Assembly: GCA_008690995.1 (NCBI GenBank)
Contig: VRMN01000002.1
Span: 1,178,001 to 1,242,000, forward strand
Direction: 5' to 3'
DNA: 64,000 nt
Origin: Porphyridium purpureum
Taxonomy: Eukaryota
In this document: positions 1 to 10,008 of the stretch, piece by piece
Layout of the letters: every line of letters begins with the position of its first letter
Numbering within the stretch: position 1 is the first letter of the stretch
Notes under the pieces: generated by a model
What the model saw: only the letters and a program-made list of their open reading frames with translations
What the model was told of the DNA's origin: nothing
Database searches by the model: none
Position numbers and translations under genes: made by a program

Positions 1-10
1 TCCGCGCGAC

Positions 11-2092
11 GTGGTCACGCTCGCAGATTGGTTTCCGCTCAAGTTTAACCCGACGACGCGCTCATTTGTACTGCACGGGTGCCGCGTCACGAGCGTAGAA
101 ACAGACCCCGTGCAGACAGAAAACGTGCTGTGGCGGTCGAGCCGCGTCGCAGAGTCGTTTGTCGGCTACATGCCTAGTGGCGTGCTCGCCGACCCGACGC
201 GTACGTTTATTACGGCGTCCGGCAAGCTGTACGTACTCTTTGGCAAAATGAATGTTGAACTAGCGCAGCAGCATAATCCGGGGATGCCTCTTCATATTTT
301 AGCGCGCCTCGTTGACGGATTTCCTGTGCAGTGGTCACAACTCCTTTTCCCGCTCGAGAGCGCATCGGAAGCAGCTGATGCACAGGGTCTGCAGCCCTTA
401 CCGACGTCGACGATGATTCCGGCCCAGCCGTATTCTTTGCAGCACTCGCCGCACCCTACTGCGGCAGGAGCCGTAGCTGACACGTCGAAGCCTCCGGAAA
501 CGGTTGAGACAATTGAACAGCGCAAGGATGTTGCGGTGGAGAGGAAGTCTCTGATCGATGACAGAGCACATGATCACACTGAGCGTGCCAACTTGTCGAC
601 CAACCGAAAGACGAAAGCGAGGGGAGTTCATGCTGTTGCACACTCCAGCACACCAGGTCATGCTGTGCTTTCAACAAGATTTCGGCGAACGTCTGAATCG
701 TCGCCTGGGGATCCGGTTGAACCATCCGTTTTGCATGCGTCACCGGCACCAAAGCCGCAAGTTTCTTTACCGCGAAAACGGCACGATGCGTCGTCGGGAA
801 TCAAAGCCCCCGACATGGTGAATCGCGGGACATTCACTCGTCCTCCCGGCGCTTCTAGTTCAACGCCTATGCCGCGGTCGTTGACCAAGAAGGAAGGTCC
901 AGATCCTCGAAAGCCCGTATACGACCGAGAAGTGCCGCTCCGTACAGAAGCAGGTGGTGACAATACTTTGGACGTCGCTGCACGAGCTAATCTGGCGTCG
1001 TCCAAAATGCGTACGTCAACATCGCGCCAGAATCGAGAAGTGGCGTCTCTTAAAGAAGCGGAGGGTGTGGATGACTCCAGTGCTCTTCTGCCTTCGCCCC
1101 TGCAGCTGCAGTCCGTACCCGGCATGCGCGTTTCGCGCTCAGGTCGTGTTGTGATGCCCGTGCTCGAGTTCTGGCGAAACCAGACCGTGATTCGCGATCG
1201 GAGAGGCGTGGTTGGTATATTTGATCCGTCGGATGAGATTGAGAGGCAAGCCAAGCATGCGACCGAAGCGCAGCTGAAAAGGAAGAACATGAAAGAGAAT
1301 GATGCGGTCAGCCGAAGGGCGAAGCACGGACGACGTCTCGTGTTGTCCGAGCTGAAAGCTCCCAAAAAATCTTCCTCGCCGCGTCGAGAGAAGAAACACT
1401 ATTTAAGCCATCAGGGGCGAAAAGCTGACCAAATGCAAGCGGACAGCGGGAGCCAGGATGAGAGCGAAGGAGGCGGTACGGATCCGGAGCCAACATTTGT
1501 CCGGCGTCGGCTTCTGCAAGAGCTTGCAGAGGTGTCAGACAATGAAGAAGTTCAGCAAGAGCCGATGAGGCCGGAGTCAGCTGCAGGCGATGCTTTGCCG
1601 CCTAATCCTGAGGGGCGAAACGCGAAAGAGGATGATCTTGTGAAGGCGGGAATTGAGCTGTTCATGGACGTGATCGATGGGGTACCAGTGAGTGATTTGG
1701 AAGACTCCAAGCAACAGAATACGCGCTTGCACTCAAAATCTGCACAAGGGTCTCATCGTATCGGCCCGGATTCGGAGTCAGAGTCGAAAAGCTCCGCTGA
1801 GCGTGCGGAGATTCACTCGGCCTCGGAGATACTTTTTCGGGGTCGTCATCACACCAAACAGGGAGAAATGGAATTGAAGATGCAAGAGAGTCGTGAACAA
1901 GTCGAGGAGGGAGATGTGGAGAACACGGAGCGGACCGAGAACGGAGACAGCACAGGTGACGTCGGTGATGGCGCAGATGACGACGAAGAATCGGGCGACA
2001 TGGCTTTTCAGCCAGCTCGCAAGTCAGTGGGCAAGCGAAAGCGAAGTATGTGGCTTCCGAAAAGGCGTCGCAAGCGTATTACAAAGTCGTGA
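11..2092 (+). CDS. KNL2: KNL2/Mis18BP1-like centromere licensing protein (SANTA domain + CENPC-k motif); 5' end probably upstream of the window
   Basis: N-terminal SANTA-like pattern (LADW...WRSSRV...TASGKLYVLFG...DGFPVQW); CENPC-k-like motif SRSGRVVMPVLEFWRNQ at ~1133-1183; basic NLS-like C-terminus. The ORF opens on GTG with no upstream stop in the window. Confidence 0.8.
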   Translation: MVTLADWFPLKFNPTTRSFVLHGCRVTSVETDPVQTENVLWRSSRVAESFVGYMPSGVLADPTRTFITASGKLYVLFGKMNVELAQQHNPGMPLHILARLVDGFPVQWSQLLFPLESASEAADAQGLQPLPTSTMIPAQPYSLQHSPHPTAAGAVADTSKPPETVETIEQRKDVAVERKSLIDDRAHDHTERANLSTNRKTKARGVHAVAHSSTPGHAVLSTRFRRTSESSPGDPVEPSVLHASPAPKPQVSLPRKRHDASSGIKAPDMVNRGTFTRPPGASSSTPMPRSLTKKEGPDPRKPVYDREVPLRTEAGGDNTLDVAARANLASSKMRTSTSRQNREVASLKEAEGVDDSSALLPSPLQLQSVPGMRVSRSGRVVMPVLEFWRNQTVIRDRRGVVGIFDPSDEIERQAKHATEAQLKRKNMKENDAVSRRAKHGRRLVLSELKAPKKSSSPRREKKHYLSHQGRKADQMQADSGSQDESEGGGTDPEPTFVRRRLLQELAEVSDNEEVQQEPMRPESAAGDALPPNPEGRNAKEDDLVKAGIELFMDVIDGVPVSDLEDSKQQNTRLHSKSAQGSHRIGPDSESESKSSAERAEIHSASEILFRGRHHTKQGEMELKMQESREQVEEGDVENTERTENGDSTGDVGDGADDDEESGDMAFQPARKSVGKRKRSMWLPKRRRKRITKS

Positions 2093-2335
2093 AAATGGAA
2101 TGCCAGCCCGGGCTTGTGGACATATGAATGTAAAGAGAAACTTGAAAATTGAAGCAGATCCATGACCTTGCATGAAATTCTGAAGCAACGGAAGGACTGA
2201 ACGCCCTCGCAACCTTCCCTCTGATGTGCTGAAGCATAACGTAGATGTCTTCACGTCGAAACGAAAACGTATGACAACTTTATCACAATCTCCCCTAGGC
2301 ACCTCACGCGTTTCGTATCCCGTCGGTCCTACGCA

Positions 2336-3925
2336 CTACGCACGTGAGTTGCTTCCTTTCAGCCTGCCGGCAAAATCCTCACTCCTAAGACTAAACCCGC
2401 CGCGCATCCCCACGCTTCGTGAGAGCGAATGCGAAAGATGCTCCTCAAAGCTGTCCGACTTGGATGCGACTTGCTGGATGTGCATGTCAGGCAGGCGTGA
2501 GCTGGCGCGCTTCTCAGACAACATGCTGGATTCAATGATTTCAATCACGTCGCCGGTTTCCGAAATGACCTCAAAAGCTGCTCCGCACCGTTGGATCAAA
2601 ATTGCGCACATGAGGCCGAGCAGCGAGAACCAAAAGCAGAGAGAATAGTATGGATCATGCCACTTGTGTCCCGGTAGGCCCGACGAGTACGCCGCGTCCT
2701 CGATGTTTGCAATCAGGATGGAGAACATCATCGTCGTGAGCCCGTCGGTGAGCCCTCCCGCGAATCCAAACACCACGGCGGCGTTGACCGGAGAGAAGAT
2801 CTGACGAGACATGACTGCTGCAAGTACCGCAGATGCTGCAAAGGACATGAGCAGGACGGCAATGCACATTTCAAATGGCAAAAGCGCTTCGCTGTCGGCA
2901 AATTTTTGGGCGAGCAGCAGAACGAGGCACTGCGTTGCGAGAACAAAGATGCACAGGTTCTTCGCGCCACTCCAGAAGAAGCCGCAGCCGAACGAGGCCT
3001 TGTCTACAAGAGCGCCAATACCAAACCGGGTGCACATACTGAGCACTTGCATGATCGCAAAGAGAGACGAAACCTGGTCGGAGGTGAAGTCGAATGTCTG
3101 ACGCATGATCGTGGGCATGCTGACCATGGCGCCGTAGCCCGGGCCTGCTCCCATCGCGACAATAGTGAGAAGCAAATAAAACGCCGGCTGGAGCAGCAGC
3201 TCACCTTGCAACTTGCGGCCTACCTCTTGAGACTGGCCAGAGACTGAGCCTTCGATGACGGCGGTTTTGACGCGGGGGTCCCACCCGCGTGGCGGGAATT
3301 TCAGAAAGGGCAGCAGCAAGATGGGCGTGACGCTGAGAGCCAGCATGACAGCGAGCCACGCATTGATGAGTCCCACTGTCGAGATGAGAGCCGGGATGAC
3401 CTTACTTCCCACGATGGATCCAAAGCCAAGCGAGCCCATGCCAAAGCCCATTGCCAGCCCTTCTAGTTCGGGCATCCATTGGGCAATGTGCTCTACACCA
3501 GCAATATAATAAGTGCCGAGCCCAAAGCCAACCAAAGACGTACACCAGAACAGCATCGCCGGCGAGTCGGCGCTGATGGCGTAAATGATCCCAAACACAC
3601 TGAGCACGATGACGAGCGCGCCGGCGACGAGAAAGGCGCGCAGACTTGCTGGTTTTGCGTCGAGCAAGTACCCTCCGACGAGCATTGAAATTGCGATCGC
3701 AAAGCTCTGGACGCCCAAGGCGGAGGTGAACGGCGACACAAACGAGGCGTCGACTTGATACAGCGGGATCAGGAACGTGGCCAACGCGTACGACGACCCA
3801 AAGGTGAACATCAGCAGACAACTCGCCGGCACGTATGTGCGCCAGCGCACGACCGCGTCATCCACCATTTGTCTTTGTTTCTCCCTTCCTCCGCTCCTTG
3901 CTTCCTCCCTCTCCCCACCAGCCAT
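2336..3925 (-). CDS. Major facilitator superfamily transporter (oxalate/formate antiporter- or MCT-like)
   Basis: About 12 hydrophobic segments; GGYLLD and WMPELEGLAMG motifs. Start placed at the ATG at 3925 (MAGGERE); the open frame extends to 4309. Confidence 0.8.
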   Translation of the reverse strand: MAGGEREEARSGGREKQRQMVDDAVVRWRTYVPASCLLMFTFGSSYALATFLIPLYQVDASFVSPFTSALGVQSFAIAISMLVGGYLLDAKPASLRAFLVAGALVIVLSVFGIIYAISADSPAMLFWCTSLVGFGLGTYYIAGVEHIAQWMPELEGLAMGFGMGSLGFGSIVGSKVIPALISTVGLINAWLAVMLALSVTPILLLPFLKFPPRGWDPRVKTAVIEGSVSGQSQEVGRKLQGELLLQPAFYLLLTIVAMGAGPGYGAMVSMPTIMRQTFDFTSDQVSSLFAIMQVLSMCTRFGIGALVDKASFGCGFFWSGAKNLCIFVLATQCLVLLLAQKFADSEALLPFEMCIAVLLMSFAASAVLAAVMSRQIFSPVNAAVVFGFAGGLTDGLTTMMFSILIANIEDAAYSSGLPGHKWHDPYYSLCFWFSLLGLMCAILIQRCGAAFEVISETGDVIEIIESSMLSEKRASSRLPDMHIQQVASKSDSFEEHLSHSLSRSVGMRGGFSLRSEDFAGRLKGSNSRA

Positions 3926-4780
3926 GTCTTCTCCTCTACCCAACCTCGCATTAACCGTCACCGGGTTTTTCCGGTTGCTCTTTCGGCTGCTAGTAAAAAA
4001 GCGCGGAACAGGCATAGTGGAGGTACAGTGACGCTTGACGGTCCGCAGTTCGAGTCGCTGCTGGGCGCGCTGAGTCTGAAGCGCCAGAGACAAAAGCCCA
4101 TCTCGCAGGGATCGCCATGTGAAGCGTCGGCGCGTGGCGGAGACAGACAAATACGGAAGCGTAGCGGATGCTGGCGACGCGCAGAAGGTTTCAGAGGTGC
4201 GCGCCAACGGGACGCGTGAAGAGACCGCCTCGGAATGCGCGGTTGCCTGCCGCTGTCGTGAGAGGCGGGGCATATGAAATCTGCAGTGCAGTTGGGCCGG
4301 CCATGGCACACGCAGACAAGTTATGGAACTGTGACGCGCAGCGAGTGCGATGCGGTGTGACAGTACATGACAGAGGATGCGGTCTCGGTTTGGGAGAGAA
4401 CGCCCCGATCAACGTCCGCGCGCTTTGCCTCACCCAGCCTGTGGCGTGTATGTTCAGCGCATGGCTCGATTTGTGTACAGTGACGTTCGGGTGTACAGCT
4501 GTGCGTCTCAACGGGCACAAGGGCGATGTGAGCGTCATATGAAAACGAGGTTATTTAGATATGGTGGAGCGGCGAGTCTGACAAAAGAGTGGTGATTTGG
4601 AATATGAATGGATTCAGTTGGCTGGGACGTCCGGTGGCGTGCATGACTCCAGACGGCGTGGTGGGTGGTGGTAGGTGGTGGCGGGCGGGGGAGAGGAGAG
4701 GTGTGGGGCGAGCGGCGTGACGGAAAGGTGAGACGGCACAGGTGTGGAAGCAGGACAACGCAGCTACGATAGCTGGTACG

Positions 4781-6298
4781 ATGGAAATCAACTCGGGATT
4801 CACGAGGTCCGTGAGCTCGCTGCGCGGGACAAACCCGGAAGATGAGAAGCAGCGCAAGACCAGCATCATTTGCACCGTCGGGCCCAAGGTCGCGAACGCA
4901 GGCATGCTCGGCAAGCTGCTGGATGAGGGCATGGACGTGATGCGCCTCAACTTTTCGCACGGAGACCACGAGTACCACGCGGGCGGGATCGCCGCCCTGC
5001 GCAAGGCGCTCGAGGCGCGCCCGGGCAAGATTTGCGCGATTGCGCTCGACACAAAGGGACCGGAGATTCGCACAGGCATGTTGGAGAACGACGCGCTGGA
5101 AGTACGGATCGAGGCTAATAGTGAAGTCGTCCTGACATGCGACCCGCAGTATGCGAAGAGCTGCACGGCAAAGCGCGTTTTCGTCGACTACATGGACCTG
5201 CCGACCACGGTCAAGCCGCGATCCTCTATCTACATCGACGACGGCTTGCTCAACCTGGAAGTCGTACATTGCGGTACCGACTCGGTCACGTGCTTAGCCA
5301 TCAACTCGGCCTCCCTCGGGTCAAAGAAGGGTGTGAACCTGCCGGGCGCCATCGTGACGCTTCCAGCTGTGTCGGAAAAAGACAAAGGGGACTTGTTGTT
5401 CGGCGTGGAACAGGGCGTGGACATGATTTTTGCCAGCTTTATTCGTCGCGGAGAGCAGGTGGATGAGATTCGTCAGGTGCTGGGTGAAAAGGGCAAGCAC
5501 ATCAAGATTTTCAGCAAAATTGAGAACCAGGAAGGGTTGGACAACTTTGATGACATTTTGCGCGTCACGGATGGTGTGATGGTCGCGCGCGGAGATTTGG
5601 GGATTGAAATTCCTCCGTCAAAGGTCTTCACTGCGCAAAAAGTGATCATCCGCAAGTGCAACATTGCTGGAAAGCCCGTGATCTGTGCCACACAAATGCT
5701 CGAGAGTATGATCGTCAACCCGCGTCCCACGCGAGCTGAGGTGTCGGATGTTGGAAACGCGATTGTGGACGGCGCGGACTGCGTGATGCTTTCCGGTGAA
5801 ACCGCAAAGGGCAAGTATCCACTGGAAGCGGTGCGTACGATGGACGAAGTGGCTCGTGAGGCTGAAGAGTTCATTGACAACAAGCGCGTGTGCGAGTACT
5901 TGCGTGCCAAGACGCCACGGCCGCTTTCAAACACAGACTCAATTGCGTACGCAACCGTATCCATGTCGTTCGACGAAGCGTTCGCGATGATTGTCGTGAT
6001 TAGCGAGACTGGCGAGACAGCTCGTCTCGTGTCCAAGTACCGCCCAGCGGTGCCCATTTTCGCAATTACGGCCAAGGAATCTGCCGCGCGGCAGTGCACC
6101 ATGAACCGTGGCGTGTTCCCGATTCTCGTGCCGGAGTCGCACTTTACCAACGTCGCGGCGCTCTTGAACATGGCAGTGACGGCCGGAAAGTCCACGGGCA
6201 TTTGCTCGCCGGGACAAATGGCGCTCGCCGTTTATGATGACAACTTGACAGACAACGTGGAAGAGGCATCGCTGTTGCGAGTAATCACGGTGGAGTAG
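4781..6298 (+). CDS. PYK: Pyruvate kinase (probably cytosolic)
   Basis: RKTSIICTVGP, RLNFSHG, LDTKGPEIRTG, MVARGDLGIE, ATQMLESM, PTRAEVSDV and MLSGETAKG motifs; first in-frame ATG at 4781. Confidence 0.97.
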   Translation: MEINSGFTRSVSSLRGTNPEDEKQRKTSIICTVGPKVANAGMLGKLLDEGMDVMRLNFSHGDHEYHAGGIAALRKALEARPGKICAIALDTKGPEIRTGMLENDALEVRIEANSEVVLTCDPQYAKSCTAKRVFVDYMDLPTTVKPRSSIYIDDGLLNLEVVHCGTDSVTCLAINSASLGSKKGVNLPGAIVTLPAVSEKDKGDLLFGVEQGVDMIFASFIRRGEQVDEIRQVLGEKGKHIKIFSKIENQEGLDNFDDILRVTDGVMVARGDLGIEIPPSKVFTAQKVIIRKCNIAGKPVICATQMLESMIVNPRPTRAEVSDVGNAIVDGADCVMLSGETAKGKYPLEAVRTMDEVAREAEEFIDNKRVCEYLRAKTPRPLSNTDSIAYATVSMSFDEAFAMIVVISETGETARLVSKYRPAVPIFAITAKESAARQCTMNRGVFPILVPESHFTNVAALLNMAVTAGKSTGICSPGQMALAVYDDNLTDNVEEASLLRVITVE

Positions 6299-6638
6299 AT
6301 CATTGCTGCGGATGTTGTTCCTTTGTCTCATGTTACATTGTCTTTTTCTCCGTATGTACTTGCACCTTTCTCCCCGCGTCCGCAGCGGGTTTCATGCGTG
6401 AAACACCCGATTTCTTTGAGATGAAGCCCGAACAAAATAAAATACAGAACCACCCGGCCGCCGAGTGTACTCGGCTGAACTTGAAAGCTGCCCGCGCAAC
6501 TGTACTTGGACGTGTCGAAAGGCGCGCGGGCGACGTGGTGGACAAGTGGGGTTGGGACTCGCCGCGACTCGTTCGGCATCTCCAAACAGCTCGGTGATTT
6601 GCAAGTAGAGGCACGGGCAACTCGAGCGCACGGCAACC

Positions 6639-7757
6639 ATGGCGGAGATTCTGGCAAAAATCGCCGACATCGAGGCAGAAATGGCTCGCACCCAGAAAAA
6701 TAAGGCGACGATGGGTCACCTGGGCTTACTCAAAGCCAAGATTGCAAAGCTGAAACGCGAGCTCATCACGCCCGCTTCCAGCGGGGGAAAGCCGGGCGAA
6801 GGTTTCGAGGTGACCAAGACGGGCGACGCGCGCGTCGGACTGATTGGGTTCCCGTCTGTGGGCAAGTCCACGCTCATGTCGATCCTGACCGGCACAGAGT
6901 CGGAGGCTGCGGATTACGAGTTCACGACCCTGACTTGTATTCCCGGCACCATTCATTATCGCGGCGCCAAAATCCAAATGCTGGACTTGCCGGGTATTAT
7001 TGAAGGTGCTAAAGATGGCAAGGGGCGCGGGAAGCAAGTGATCGCTGTCGCACGTTCATGCAACCTGATCTTGATTGTGCTTGATGCGGCCAAGCCGGCG
7101 CACCACAAGCGTCTTATTGAGACTGAACTCGAAGGATTTGGCATCCGGCTGAACAAGCAGCCTCCGAAAATTGCCTTTGAGAGAAAAGACAAAGGTGGCG
7201 GCGTTTTCTTCTCGACTGCCGTGCAGGCCACCCACCTTGACCAAGAAACGGCCAGCATCATCTGCAAGGAGTATCGCATAGCATCTTGCTCGATTATTCT
7301 ACGTGAAGACGCCACTGCGGATGAGCTTATTGACGTGATTGAGGGAAACCGCGTGTACATCCCGTGCTTGTACGTCGTCAACAAGGTCGATGCAGTCACG
7401 ATGGAGGAGCTGGAACTGTACGACCGTTTGCCACACTACGTCCCGATTTGTGGTAGATTGGAGTGGAATTTGGACGGACTAATGGAAGAAATCTGGGACG
7501 AGCTCAAGCTGGTGCGCGTGTACACCAAGCCCAAGGGCCAAATACCAGACTTCAAGGAACCCGTGATTCTCAAGGGGCACCGCGACTCTCAGCACACGGT
7601 GGAAGCTTTCTGCAACAGGCTGCACAAGGCAATCATGCACAACTTCAAGTACGCCATCGTGTGGGGCACAAGCGTGAAATTTAACCCGCAGAAGTGTGGC
7701 AAAGATCACGTCCTGCACGACCAGGATGTGGTTCAAATTGTGAAAAAGGCAGGATAG
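6639..7757 (+). CDS. DRG1: Developmentally regulated GTP-binding protein 1 (OBG family, with TGS domain)
   Basis: [20 protein letters not shown] (G1), YEFTTLT, DLPG and NKVD motifs; C-terminal TGS domain; the KLKRELI segment is DRG1/Rbg1-type. Confidence 0.95.
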   Translation: MAEILAKIADIEAEMARTQKNKATMGHLGLLKAKIAKLKRELITPASSGGKPGEGFEVTKTGDARVGLIGFPSVGKSTLMSILTGTESEAADYEFTTLTCIPGTIHYRGAKIQMLDLPGIIEGAKDGKGRGKQVIAVARSCNLILIVLDAAKPAHHKRLIETELEGFGIRLNKQPPKIAFERKDKGGGVFFSTAVQATHLDQETASIICKEYRIASCSIILREDATADELIDVIEGNRVYIPCLYVVNKVDAVTMEELELYDRLPHYVPICGRLEWNLDGLMEEIWDELKLVRVYTKPKGQIPDFKEPVILKGHRDSQHTVEAFCNRLHKAIMHNFKYAIVWGTSVKFNPQKCGKDHVLHDQDVVQIVKKAG

Positions 7758-7814
7758 GAACACGCTCTTGCATTGGCTTTCTCGCGATCATGCATCGGCG
7801 AAGTACGCCGCGCA

Positions 7815-8726
7815 TCATCGCTTTAGTGTTATTCTGTACTTGCACGTCAGGAGGGGCTCCTTCTGATCGAGACTGTATGGGTTGTAAAAGTTCTCAATCT
7901 CCAACGCCGCAATCGTCGATGCGGACTCGTCCGTGACCTTGTACTTGAACAATTGCCGCTTGGCGCCCAGCACGGGCGAGCCCATCAGGAAGTCCGTTTG
8001 TGCTGCGTCGGTGGTTCGAAAATACTCGCTCGACTCAAATGTCGCCGGTCCAGCAGGCTGATCTTTGAAGCTGCGCTTGGTGACTTTGAACTCGGAGACT
8101 CGGCGCTCGCCTGGTGTGCTGATCGTGAGCACGTTGGGATTGTCGCGCTGCCACATGCACTGCAAACTTTTCCGAGCCACGCTCTCGGATCTCGCAGCCT
8201 CTGCGGCCGCGCCGATCTCTGCCTCTGCTTCCGCGCACGCGTTGAACGAACGATCGGCAACGATATGGCCCCGATGCTGGACGAATCTGACTTTAAAGAT
8301 TCTGGTCGGCGCAGTCTCTGCTCTTCTCCTTTCCGTCTCGACAAGCTTCATGTCTGAGCCCGACACAGACACCAGCGTTTTGGAGCACGTCCACACGCCC
8401 AGAAACACCTCGGGGAAATAAATATCCGAGGGCCCGTACCCGGGAAGCGTTTCCGCCATCCGTGCGATACGCGCCTTGATTGGATCACTCTGATCCAGCG
8501 CACCCGCCGAACTTGTCGATGCCGCGCCATCAGCGCGCGCTCTTTCCGACGGCACCACGCACAGCCACGCCAGACCGCCGGCAGCGACGTGTCGCACGAC
8601 GTGCCGCCTGGTGACCAGCACGGCCGGGTCAACCGACCCGCATCGCGGCGCGCGATCTGTATCACCGCGCCGCTCTGCAGCCGGCTCTGGGCAAGCATGC
8701 ATGTACACACATACTCCAAATGCCAT
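7815..8726 (-). CDS. Predicted thylakoid-lumen protein of unknown function (DUF6816-like)
   Basis: MAF start; twin-arginine segment TRRHVV...hydrophobic...ARA; conserved-looking GYGPSDIYFP..FLGVW, ADRSFN and DNPN motifs. Confidence 0.65.
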   Translation of the reverse strand: MAFGVCVYMHACPEPAAERRGDTDRAPRCGSVDPAVLVTRRHVVRHVAAGGLAWLCVVPSERARADGAASTSSAGALDQSDPIKARIARMAETLPGYGPSDIYFPEVFLGVWTCSKTLVSVSGSDMKLVETERRRAETAPTRIFKVRFVQHRGHIVADRSFNACAEAEAEIGAAAEAARSESVARKSLQCMWQRDNPNVLTISTPGERRVSEFKVTKRSFKDQPAGPATFESSEYFRTTDAAQTDFLMGSPVLGAKRQLFKYKVTDESASTIAALEIENFYNPYSLDQKEPLLTCKYRITLKR

Positions 8727-10008
8727 CTTTGCGCTTTCTCTCCGCCGACGTGTCTCCCACTACTCCCCGCCTTTCACCTCTTCCGTGCGACCCAACCGCC
8801 CACCGCCTCCACTCGCGATGAAGCTTACACTCCCCACACTTTCAACTGTACTTCACTGTACGCCGTCCCACCTCATGCTTACAGTGTCCCATCGCCCGTC
8901 CCAACCCGGCGCTGCGCCCTCGTTCGATAGTCACGTGCCGAAATGGCCCCAGCGCGCCGGCCACGTTTGCGCTACAAGGACACCGATCGCCTACCGCGCG
9001 ACAGAAACGGACGCGACCCCTTGCGCTGGCGCATGCCCCTGCGGCGAGTACCCAGCAACCCCAGGTTCTCGGCCACCCAATCAAACTCGGATTTTGACGA
9101 ATTTTTTTCCTCGTAAACTTGCGTTCGTTTGATGAATTCGCGTTGTACCGCGTCGGCATTTTAGAAATGAGTAGGCGCATGCGCATGAAATTTGCGACAC
9201 GGCTTTTCTTGTTGTCGTCGTTTTTCCTTTCCTATAAGCCAAGGAGCGCCATCAATCCATCATCGGGTGCAGCAGGGAATGGGGGCGGGTTAGTGTTGTC
9301 AAACGCTTCTCAAACATCATCACCTTAGCGGCGAGGCATGTCGTACGCAAGACACTTTTGTTCTTGCTCAGTCTCGAAGCTTGAACTGCGGCTTGTTCAT
9401 AAGCGCAAACGCTGCTTTATTCGTTCTTTGGACGACACGGACTTACACACTCATGCAAGCGCACATGCGTTTGTTGGTGTTGGTGGTGTGCGCATATCTG
9501 AGACCGTGTTTCTATGAAAACATGCGATTGGGATGATTTTTTATTGCGACGCCCGCCAGAGTCCGAAGGGGTTTTTTTCTCGCTTCGAGGAGGAGGAAAG
9601 GGGGTTTAAATTTGGGCAAGGGGTTCTATTTGGTTTAGTGGGTTTTGATGATTTCTAGATTGGGCAAGCGATAGAGCAAGACACAGGGCGTGTGCCAAGT
9701 GCTGTGTGAAAAGATATGGAGGGAAGCGCTCAAAATGAGGGAAAGTAGAAGCGCTTGTGCTTGTTGTTGGTATGAGGAGGGGGGAGGGGAGTGAAGAGGG
9801 CGCGAACAAACTAGGCACAAGCGGGGGATAGAAGGGTGGATGAGTGGGTGAGTACATAAGTGGGAGGGTATTGGCGTCGACGCGTCGACACGCCAAGGGT
9901 GCGGAGGCTGAAGACGAGGGAACGGGGCAGTGTGCACGGGACGCGCCGAGCGACGAGGTGCGGCGTGTGCGCGGGAGGGGGAGCGCCGTGCAGGCATAAG
10001 GGGGAGCC

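Noticed and set aside
3926..4309. 128-aa N-terminal extension of the MFS transporter
   Set aside because: Non-conserved-looking sequence upstream of a better ATG that has a purine-rich leader; not excluded, but unsupported.
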